Notes under the pieces: model-generated | Databases searched by the model: none | The model's input: the letters and a program-made list of their open reading frames with translations, nothing else | Told to the model about the DNA's origin: nothing | In this document: one piece after another, positions 13,240-24,047 of the stretch | How positions within the stretch are numbered: position 1 is the stretch's first letter | How the letters are laid out: every line of letters starts with the position of its first letter | Origin: Squalus acanthias | Lineage: Eukaryota | Length of the DNA stretch: 64,000 nucleotides | NCBI GenBank assembly: GCA_030390025.1 | Contig: CM059428.1 | Location: 108,314,001-108,378,000 of the forward strand | Reading direction: 5' to 3' | Translations under genes and position numbers: made by a program

Positions 13240-14800
13240 AGCTGATGGAAAATGTTACCTATTCGACCTGCACCACAGCTACTTCTAATTTTTTAAGGGA
13301 ATGATTAAAGAAAGTAGTGCCAGAGGATTGGAAAATAGCTAACATAACATCAAACTAAAATGGAACATATGGACAACCCAGGGAAACTACAGACCAGTGA
13401 GCCTAATATCCGTTATGTGTAAAGTATTAGAAGGCATTTCACAGGTGATGTATGAAATACCGAGATTGGAGCACAGGAATTGCTACATGGTAAACCAAGG
13501 TCCATGTAGTTCGCCTTCCACCATCCTGGCAGTCACATGATAGTGATGATGGAGCTGTTGACTAATCATGTCAATCAGTCTCTATCAATTAGTCTATAAC
13601 AGACCCAGACAAGAGGCAAGGAAACCCCCAGCGGTGGAAAGCTTTTGGTACCAGAGGTCCAAAGTCACCTGTTCCTCTCAAGCATGCCACACTTAACATA
13701 CGTCATCAGTATGACATGATGAGGAAGTTATGGGAAGCAGATTTGGCCTAACCAATTTACTAGAGCTCAAGAAAATGGCACACCTTTTTGACAATGAAAA
13801 TTCTGTCACATGATGCATTTAGATTTCAGTAAGGCTTTTGATACCATGCCACATAAGCAACTGGCCACAAAGCAGGAAGACATGGAATAGAAGGCAAGCT
13901 TCTGAGATGTATTGAAAAGTGGTTAAACCAATGAGTCGCTGTGAATGGAGCTGCATCAACCGTCATTAGCAGGGTGCCATTACTGTTAATGGTTAATCAA
14001 ATGATTTGGGAACAGAGACAGAAACCAAGGAGTCTTTGTTTGCAGAAGACACTAAATATCAGGGAAGTGGGTTTTGAAACAATAGAGCATAAGCAAAGAA
14101 AATATAAAGGAAACTGCATAGATTGGGAAAGTGACTGATGAGTAGCAAATGCCATTTAATGTGGATAAATGTGAGATAATTGGACTAGGGAAGGGAAAAC
14201 AGGTTATAAGCGCTAAATGGCTCTAGGTTACAGGTCACAAAACAGCAGAAGGATTCAGGAAAAATGGCAGTTAGCAGTAAGAGCACAAATCCCACAGGTG
14301 ATGAGTCTGTACAAGGCACAGGTTCAGCCACATGTGGACGATGCATAATACTGGGTGCTGTACTACAGTAAGGATATCCACGTATAGGATGCAGCACAGA
14401 AAAGAGCAACCAATGAGACACTTAGCTAAGGCATTCAAGCTATGTGTAGAGATTAAAGATCAAAAGATTGTTTACCTTAGAGCAAAGGAGGCTCAGCGAA
14501 GATATTACAATATTCAGGTTTCTTAAGGGAATAGGTAAATTGAATCTAGATGATATTGAGATTTCTATAAACATAGTACCAGGGGACTGGGCAAAAGTTT
14601 ATAAGAGGGAAGGTGCACAGTTAGTTTAGATTTAACTACTTTACTTTATAGAGTGGTGAACATGTGGAATGGGCTGCCCATGGAGAGAGAGTGTGGAAAG
14701 ATTTGAGAGAACTGGATGGATCTTTGAGGCAGTGGGCGACAGAAGGGCATTAGTTTTTGGGACCTGCCAGCTGAATGCAGAGTATTTTCTGTTCTTATAC
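13240..14800 (+). mobile_element. Highly decayed CR1 ORF2 fragment
   Basis: Nucleotide remnants of VPEDWKIAN, GNYRPVSL, LDFSKAFD..PH and FNVDKC motifs. Confidence 0.65.
13465..13710 (-). repeat. Unclassified repeat of about 250 bp with CR1-like tail (second copy at 41770-42020, opposite strand)
   Basis: Shared blocks ctctatcaattagtctataacaga and ccttccaccatcctgg; the other copy ends ...ttcctacgttcctatg. Confidence 0.6.
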
Positions 14801-15353
14801 TCTTGAATGTTCAGGTTAATATTACAGAGCCAATAAAAATAAATCTAAATATTTAATATATTTACAAGTATTAAACTTAGACTGCACAATTGCAGAAGAA
14901 TATCTAGTGAACTGATAAATCGACTCAGCAAATTCTGTGTGTCCCTCAGTAGAGATTTTGGACAAGTTGGAAAAAGAAATCAGAGGCAAATATTTAATCA
15001 GAGGTCATTAATGAGTATTATTATTCCTTTGAATATGTGAAGACCTTTTGGCTTGAGCAATATGAACCAAATACCATCCTGTTTGCTTCAATGCAACAGG
15101 ATTCATTTTGCAGGATACAAGAAAGTAGATTTTGGAGAATTAAGCTAAAAACTAACTGATAGCTGTCTGAGAAAATTGTTTTATTTTTCAATTAACATTT
15201 AATAAGTGGAATATCAATTTCTACTTGCGCCTCTCCAAGCAGTTTGCTCAACAGCAGCAACAGAAGAATTCTCCCTGTCCTGTCAGTCAGGAAAAGAAAG
15301 AGGGGGACATTCTAAAACAGTCTAGTTAGAAGATTATGATTTACAAAACATAC

Positions 15354-15523
15354 CTTGTTGTCAGCTTTTACAATGATTCTTCCGAGTCCTCGAATTGGTC
15401 CTGGAGCCAGAGCATCCTGTCTTTCTTTAACAAAGGTTGACAGAATCTTCCAATAGCTACTAATTTGTCTCTCTGCAAAGTTCATTAATCCAAAACGAAG
15501 GACCAATTTTTTAAGACCCCAAG
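15354..15523 (-). CDS. TMEM245: TMEM245 coding exon (about exon 6), 170 nt
   Basis: gtaacag|CTTGGG...ACAAG|gtatgt; AWGLKKLVLRFGLMNFAERQ...FVKERQDALAPGPIRGLGRIIVKADNK; phase 1-0. Confidence 0.95.
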
Positions 15524-15681
15524 CTGTTACCAAAAAAAGGATTAAGAATACTTAATAAAAATATAACAGTAAATAGCCAAAAACATATTCAGCAATGACA
15601 ATTTATTTCTATGTTGCTTAACTGGTCTAATTTAGTTATGGATTCTCCATTTCAAATGGAACAGTAGCTGTATTGCATCTG

Positions 15682-16560
15682 AACAACAACTTGCATTTCT
15701 GTAGCATGTTTTAACGTAGAAAAACATCCCAGGACACTTCACAGATGCGTAATCAGACAAAAATAAATCCCGAGCCAAGAAGAAATTATTAGAGGGGTGA
15801 CTAAAGGCTTGGTCAAAGAGGTGATTTTTAGAAGAGAGGGAGGGTGAGTACCAGAGAGGTTTCAGGAGGGAATTCAGAGCTGAGAGCTTAGCTGGGAAGG
15901 CACAGGCACCAATGCTGGGTGAAGGGAGGGGGGCTGCACAGAGGTCAGAGTAGGAGGGAGACAGAGTTCTCGGAGGGTTGCAGGACTACAGGTTACAGAC
16001 ATAGGGAGCCCATGAAAGGATTTAAGCACAAGGATAGCAATTTTAAATTTGAGGCATTGGGTGATGGATGAGTGAGATTTGGTGCAGGATGGGATATGTG
16101 AAGCAAAGTTTTGGATGAGCTGAAGTTTATGGTGGGTGAAGGGTGGGAGGCCTGATAGAGGAGCACTTGAATAACTGAAATAACAACAGAAAACGCTGGA
16201 AAAACTCAGCAGGCCAGGCAGCATCTGTGGAGAGAGAAACAGAGTTAACGTTTCAGGTCTTCTCTTTCCACGGATGTTGCCTGGCCTGCTGAGTTTTTCC
16301 AGCGTTTTCTGTTGTTATTTCGGATTTCCAGCATCCGCAGTATTTTGCTATTGTACTTGAATAACTGAGTCTGAAGTTGACAAAAGGCATGGATGAGCGT
16401 TTTAGCAGATGGGCTGAGATGGGGCAGAGACGGTCAATGTTCCAGAGGTGGAAGTAGGCGGTCTTTGTGTTGGAAAGGATAGAGGGTTGGAAGCTCAGCT
16501 CGGGGGTCAAATAGCAAATAGTCTAGCTCAACCTGAAACAGTGGTCGGGGCGCAGGATGA
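15682..16560 (-). mobile_element. L2-type LINE 3' fragment
   Basis: HKLQLIQN..SHI...TKSHSSIT, KFKIAILVLKSFHGL, TKTAYFHLWNIDRLCP remnants; tail aacaacaacttgcattt. Confidence 0.7.
16179..16354 (+). mobile_element. Penelope-derived fold-back element, family B, centre deleted
   Basis: 14-bp TSD acttgaataactga (16165-16178, 16355-16368); arms nearly identical to 3007-3239 but both ribozyme cores are missing. Confidence 0.85.
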
Positions 16561-17219
16561 ATCAGTGGTGATGGCCTCCACCAGGACTGCATCCAAGAAC
16601 CTATGCGCCCTCTCCCTCAGTCCCTGAGCCAACCTGCAACGTGCCACTGTGTGCTAGCCAGCGCACTCCACACCTTCAGTGGAAGTGGGTGCGAGGATCC
16701 GACATGTACTGCTCCACGAAAACTGCATCTAATCAGCACCTGAATGCTAAACCTGCAAGTTTATGGTTTAGCACCTCCAAGCAAGTTCAAACAAGCTAGT
16801 CTCATTAGCACTGCACCCATTTAGCGCCTTTGGTTTTCATCCTTTAGCCAAAATAACCCCCATTAACTGGTTATTTATTTCAATACTGTTTCAGGGACTG
16901 CCATGTTTGCTTACATAACAGTGACACAATCTTTCAAAAGTAATTCTCAGACCATGAAGCATTGTGGGATGTTGTGAGGACACAAACAGGGCTGTATAGA
17001 TGCAAGTTTTCTTTTGTATGGGCATTGGCCACCTGCCGATACCTCACCCAAGTGGCCATCAATCAAGTGTGAGGCTTGGCAAAGTAGTCAGCAGACTGTG
17101 GGAGGAATCATAGCCAAGCTCAACCTTGCCCTCACCCAACATCCACATATGCACATTTCCAATAGCAATTGCTGGATAATGATCAGGAACAGCCACTTGA
17201 GGAATTTTCCCCTCACTTA

Positions 17220-17350
17220 GCCATCAGCCGCTCATGCCACTCTGGCTGAGATCAGCTAACTCAGCAGAGAAAAGGGATCGAACCGGAGGCCTTCCAGGTC
17301 TGTAAGGCTCAGCTACTCACTGCCTAAATGCACTGTGCCATCAGGAGAAC
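17220..17350 (-). mobile_element. tRNA-derived SINE head
   Basis: Minus strand TGGCACAGTGC (A-box-like) and GGTTCGATCC (B box). Confidence 0.55.
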
Positions 17351-17779
17351 TGCATAGGTATTACTTAAGACAGTGCTGCCAATGAGTTGGCATACCAAAG
17401 CATAGTAACCCTGAGCGGTGGAATGCCTTTATTTAGTTCCCAATAACAACCATGCTGCTTAGGGGAGGTACCAAGCAGAGGACAGGAAACAAGTCAGGGA
17501 GCCACGTGCAAATATTTCCTAGTGGTTATCTCAGAGTATTATTGGTGGCCTGAATAGCTACCTGACTACTATCTCAGTGAATGCATCGCTGGGGAGGCTG
17601 GAAGGAGATCCTGGAAAAGAACAAAAGTGACACGCCCATGGAATTCAATTTATAGGCCTGCTTTAGGCACTTTATCCATTAGAGCCAGGCCCAGACAAAT
17701 TCGACAATTTGGCTGTCCATCAATTCTGAACTGATTTTTCAATTTCTAGACTGAATAATGAATTACAAGGCCTGTCGCA

Positions 17780-18345
<566 letters not shown>

Positions 18346-18715
18346 TTAAATAAGCAATGGGAACATTCCAAATGTCTATAAAATGAAGTGGGCATGTTCA
18401 TACTATTAAGTCTGGTCCACAGAGTGGCTCCAAAAGAAAACTGCCAAATTTCAGCTAACAAAAAGATGGATTGCTCACCTTCAGAACATAAGAATTTTTA
18501 GGAATAGAAAAAAGGCTACTGGACTCCATCAAGTATGTCCCTCTTTCATAGATCAACCCACCTACCCATCGCCTGAACTATTCCATTACTCCGTCTCTCC
18601 ATAAACGCATCTGACGGTGACTCAAACCCATTTATAAGAACATAAGAAATAGGAGCAGGAGTCGGCCTTTTGGCCCTTTGAGCTTGCTCCGCCATTCAAT
18701 AAGATCATGACTGAT

Positions 18716-20790
18716 CATGATGAACTACAGAATTTGTTCATCCCTGTTTGGCATAAAAATAAAACAAAAAAGGTGACTCAACCGTGGCTAACGAGGGAAA
18801 TTAGGGATAGCATAAGATCCAAGGAGAGGACATATAAATTGGCCAGAAAAAGCAGCAAACCTGAGGATTGGAAGCAGTTAAGGATTCAGCAAAGGAGGAC
18901 AAAGGGATTAATTAAGAGGGGGAAAATAGAGTATGAGAGTAAGCTTTCAGGGAACATAAAAACTGACTGTAAAAGCTTCTATAGATATGTGAAGAGAAAA
19001 AGATTGGTGAAGTCAAGCGTAGGTCCCTTGCAGTCAGAATCAGGGGAATTTATAATGGGGAACAAAGAAATGGCAGACCAATTAAATACATACTTTGGTT
19101 CTGTCTTCACAAAGGAGGACACAAATAAACTCCCAGAGATGTCGGGGAACATAGGGTCTAATGAGAGGGAGGAACTGAATGAAATCAGTATTTGTAGGGA
19201 AATGGTGTTAGGGAAATTGACGGGATTGAAGGCAGATAACTCCCCAGGGTCTGATAATCTACATCCTAGGGTACTTAAGGAAGTGGCCCAAGAAACAGTA
19301 GATGCATTGCTGGTCATCTTCCAAAATTCTATAGACTCTGGAACAGTTCCCATGGATTGGAGGATAGCTAATGTAACCCCACTATTTAAAAAAGGTGGTA
19401 GAGAGAAAACGGGGAATTATAGACCGGTAAGCCTGACATCGGTAGTGGAGAAAATGCTAGAGTCCATTATAAAAGATGTAATAGCAGAGCACTTGGAAAA
19501 CAGTGACAGGATCAGACAAAGTCAACATGGATTTACAAAAGGTAAATCATGCTTGACTAATCTACTGGAAATTTTTGAGGATGTAACTGGTAGAATAGAT
19601 AAGGGAGAACCAGTGGATGTGGTGTATTTGGACTTTCAGAAGGCTTTCGATAAGGTCCCGCATAAGAGATTAGCGTGCAAAGTTAAAGCACATGGGATTG
19701 GGGGTAAGGTACTGTCTTGGATAGAGAACTGGTTGGCAGACAGGAAGCAAAGAGTTGGAATAAACGGGTCTTTTTCCGAGTGGCAGGCAGTGACTAGTGG
19801 GGTACCGCAGGGATTGGTGCTAGGACCCCAGTTATTCACAATATATATGAATGATCTAGACGAGGGAACGAGATGTAATATCTCCAAGTTTGCAGATGAC
19901 ACAAAGCTGGGTGGGCGTGTGTGCTGTGAGGAGGTGCAGAGAAACTCAAGTATGATTTGGACAGGTTGGGTGATTGGGCAGATGCAGTATAATGTGGATA
20001 AATGCGAGGTTATCCACTTTGGTGGCAAAAACAGGAAGGCAGATTATCTGAACGGCAATAGATTGGGAAAAGGGGAGGTGCAACGAGATCTGGGTGTCCT
20101 TGTGCACCAGTCGCTGAAGGTAAGCATGCAGGTGCAGCAGGCGGTTAAGGCAGCAAATGGTATGTTGGCCTTCACAGCGAAAGGATTCGAGTACAGGAGC
20201 AAGGATGTCTTGCTGCAGTTGTACAGGGCCTTGGTGAGACCACACCTTGAGTATTGTGTGCAGTTTTGGTTGCCTTATCTGAGGAAGGATATTCTTGCCA
20301 TGGAGGGAGTGCAGCGAAGATTCACCAGACTGATACCCAGGATGGCAGGAATGACGTATGAAGAGAGATTGGGTCGATTGGGCTTGTATTTGCTAGAGTT
20401 TCGAAGAATGAGAGGGGATCTCATTGAAACTTATAAAATTCTAACAGGACTAGACAGATTAGATGCAGGAATGATGTTCCCGATGGCGGGGGAGTCCTGA
20501 ACCAGGGGTCACAGTCTAAGGGGTAAGCCATTTAGGACTGAGATGAGGAGGAATTTCTTCACCCAGAGTGGTGAACCTGTGGAATTCTCTACCACACAAG
20601 GCAGTTGAGGCCAATTCATTAAATGTATTCAAGAAGGAGTTAAATATATTTCTTAAGGCTAAAGGGATCAAGGGAGATGGGGAGAAAGCAGGGACAGGGT
20701 ACTGAATTTGGATGATCAGCCATGATCTCATTAAATGGCGGAACAGGCTCGAGGGGCCGAATGGCCTACTCCTGCTCCTATCTTCTATGT
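18716..20790 (+). mobile_element. CR1 LINE, 5'-truncated, RT region largely open
   Basis: 597-aa ORF with [35 protein letters not shown]; 3' tail gatcagccatgatc...ctcctgctcct; preceded by an inverted CR1 tail at 18636-18715. Confidence 0.93.
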
Positions 20791-23087
20791 TTCTATCTTC
20801 CACCTCATCTCAACTTTCCTGCACTATCCCATATCCCTTGATTCCCTCAACATTCAAAAATCTATCAATCTCTGTCTTGAACATATTGAATGACTGAGCC
20901 TCCACATCCCTCAGGGGAAGAGAATTCCAAAGATTCACCACCCTCTAAGTGAAGAAATTTCTCATCTCAGTCCTAAATGGCCGAACCCGTATTCTGAGAT
21001 TGTGACCCCCGATTCTAGACTCCCCATCCAGGGGAAACATCCTCCCTGCAGCTACCCTGTCAAGCCCTGTAAGAATTTTGTATGTTTCAATGAGATCACC
21101 TCTCATTCTTCTAAACTCGAGGGAATATAGGCCTCGTCTACTCAATCTCGCCTCATAGGACAATCCCCCCATCCCAGGAACCAGTCTGGTGAACCTTCGT
21201 TGCACTCCCTCTATGACAAGTAAATCCTTCCTTAGGTAAGACCACCAAAACTGTACACAATACTCCAGGTGTGGTCTCACCAGGGCCCTATATAATTGCA
21301 GTAAGATGTCTTTACTCTTAAACTCAAATCCTCTTGTAATAAAGGCCAACATACCATTTGCTTTCTTAATTGCATGTTAACTTCCAGCGATTTGTGTACA
21401 AGGACTCCCAAGTCCCTCTGAACACCAACATTTCCCAATCTCTCACCATTTAAAAAATACTGTGCTTTTCTATTTTTCCTACCAAAGTGGATAACTTCAC
21501 ATTTCTCCATATTATATTCCATTTGCCATGTTTTTGCCCACTCACGTAGCCTGTCTATATCCCCTTGAAGCCTCCTTGCATCGGCTGCGGCTGCAGGACA
21601 TTCTGAAGGGGGAGGGTGAACAGCCAGAGGTCATGGTCCATTTCGGTACCAACGACATAGGTAGAAAGAGGGATGAGGACCTGCAAGCAGAATATAGGGA
21701 GCTAGGAAATAAATTAAAAAGCAGGACCTCAAAGGTAGTAATCTCAGGATTACTGCCAGTGCCACGTGCTAGCGAGAGCAGAAATAGGAGAAGAGACCAG
21801 ATGAATGCGTGGCTGGAGAGATGGTGTAGGAGGGAGGGATTTAAATTCCTGAGGCATTGGGACCGATTCTGGGGAAGGTGGGACCTGTACAAGCTGGACG
21901 GGTTACACCTCGGCAGAAACGGGACCAACATCCTTGCAGGGGGGTTTGCTAGTGCTGTTGGGAAGGATTTAAACTAGTTTGTCAGGGGGCTGGGAACCTA
22001 AGTGTGGGCCCAGAACGGAGAGAAACAAAGCTGGAAGTGCAAGTTAGAAAAGTAGTCTGCAAAACTAGTAGGGAGCAGAAACAAAGGCCAACAGTAAAGA
22101 GGGTCAAAGTGCAGAAAAATATTAAACAGGCAAAGCTGAAGGCACTTTATCTAAATGCACGTAGCATTCGCAACAAGGTGGATGAATTAATGGCACTAAT
22201 AGAAGTAAATGGGTATGATGTAATTGCCATTACAGAGACATGGTTACAGGGTAACCAAAGCTGGGAACTGAATGTTCCAGGGTGCTCAACATTTAGGAAG
22301 GACAGACAAAAAGGAAAAGGAGGTGGCGTAGCGCTGTTAATAAGGGATGAGATCGGTACGGTAGAAATAAAAGATCTTGGCTTGGCAGATCGTGATGTAG
22401 AACTGGAATCAGTTTGGGTGGAGCTAAGAAACAGCAAAGGGCAGAAAACATTGGTGGGAGTTGTGTATAGGCCACCAAACAGTAATGGTAATGTAGGGCA
22501 CAGTATCAATCAAGAGATTAGAAGTGCATGTAACAAGGGCAATACGTTAATCATGGGGGACTTTAATCTACATATTGACTGGGCAAATCAAATTACCACT
22601 AATGGTGTGGAGGACGACTTCTTGGAATGCATGCGAGATGGTTTCCTGGATCAGTATGTGGAGGAACCAACCAGGGAACAGGCTATTCTGGATCTGGTAC
22701 TGTGTAATGAGAAAGGGCTAATTAATAATCTTGTGGTAAACATAATATGATTGAATTTTACATTAAGTTTGAGATTGATGTAGTCCAATCTGAAACTAAG
22801 GTCTTCAATCTAAACAGAAGAAACTACAAGGGTATGAGGGACAAGTTGGCCATGGTAGATTGGGAGACTACACTAAAAGGTACGGAGGTGGACATACAAT
22901 GGCTAACATTCAAGGAAACAATGCATAATTTGCAACAAACATATATTCCTCTAGGGCATAAAAACCCAAAAGGAAAAGTGATCCAACCATGACCATAGTT
23001 TATAGTTTCTCGGGTATCTGTGGTGTAGCGGAGACTGCTGGCATAAATTAACTGAAGGGTAAATAATTTTTTAATTAATTACATAGA

Positions 23088-24044
23088 ATGGGAGAGCAGG
23101 TGATGTGTTACTGCTGCAATATGTGGGAGCTGGTGGACACCATTGATGTTCACGGTGAACACATTTGCAGTAAGTGTTGGCTGCTCAAGGAACTCCAGCT
23201 CCGTGTTGATGAGCTGGAGTCCGAGCTTCAAACACTGAGACACATCAGGGAGGGGGAGAGTTACCTGGACTCCGTGTTTCAGGAGGTAGTCACACCAATT
23301 AGAGTAACTAATTCAGAAGTAGCCCGTGGGCAGGGACAGGAAGGTGTGACTACGAGTGAGGCAGGTACAGGGATCCAGGAGGTAGTGTTGGAGGAGCCGC
23401 AGCCCTTGCTCTTGTCCAACAGGTTCGAGGCTCTTACTCCCTGTGTGGATAGGAGCGGGGACTGCAGGGAGGATGAGCAACCTGGCCACAGCACCGTGGT
23501 AAGGGGGGCCATTCAAGTGGGGGGAGTAAAAAGAAATGTTGTAGTGGTAGGGGATAGTATCATTAGGGGGATAGATAGGGTTCTTTGCAGCCAAGAGCGA
23601 GAGTCCCGAAGGCTGTGTTGCCTGCCCGGTGCCAGGGTTAAGGACATCTCCTCTGGGCTGGAGAGAAACTTGGAGTGGGAGGGGGAGGATCCAGTTGTCG
23701 TGGTCCATGTTGGTACCAATGACATAGATAGGACAAGGAAAGAGGTTCTGCTGAGGGAGTTTGAGCAGCTAGGGGCCAAATTAAAAAGCAGAACCTCGAG
23801 GGTAATAATCTCTGGATTACTACCTGAGCCACGAGCAAATTTGGCTAGGGTAAATAAAATCAGGGAGTTGAATGCGTGGCTCAAAGACTGGTGTGGGAAA
23901 AATGGGTTTTGCTTCTTGGGACACTGGCACCAGTACTGGGGCAGGAGAGAGCTGTTCCGTTGGGACGGACTTCACTTGGCCAGTGCTGGGACTAGTGTCC
24001 TGGCGAATCGAATAACTAGGGCTGTGGAGAGGGCTTTAAACTAA
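23088..24044 (+). CDS. CR1 ORF1p: zinc finger, leucine zipper and SGNH/GDSL esterase-like domain
   Basis: CYCC..MW...HICSKC; heptad LKELQLRVDELESELQTL; VVVVGDSIIRG, CLPGARV, VHVGTND, DGLHL. Confidence 0.92.
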   Translation: MGEQVMCYCCNMWELVDTIDVHGEHICSKCWLLKELQLRVDELESELQTLRHIREGESYLDSVFQEVVTPIRVTNSEVARGQGQEGVTTSEAGTGIQEVVLEEPQPLLLSNRFEALTPCVDRSGDCREDEQPGHSTVVRGAIQVGGVKRNVVVVGDSIIRGIDRVLCSQERESRRLCCLPGARVKDISSGLERNLEWEGEDPVVVVHVGTNDIDRTRKEVLLREFEQLGAKLKSRTSRVIISGLLPEPRANLARVNKIRELNAWLKDWCGKNGFCFLGHWHQYWGRRELFRWDGLHLASAGTSVLANRITRAVERALN

Positions 24045-24047
24045 TTA

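Noticed and set aside
18979-20245. Long antisense ORFs over CR1 ORF2, and similar ones over other CR1 copies
   Set aside because: Shadow ORFs of the LINE coding strand; no independent motifs.
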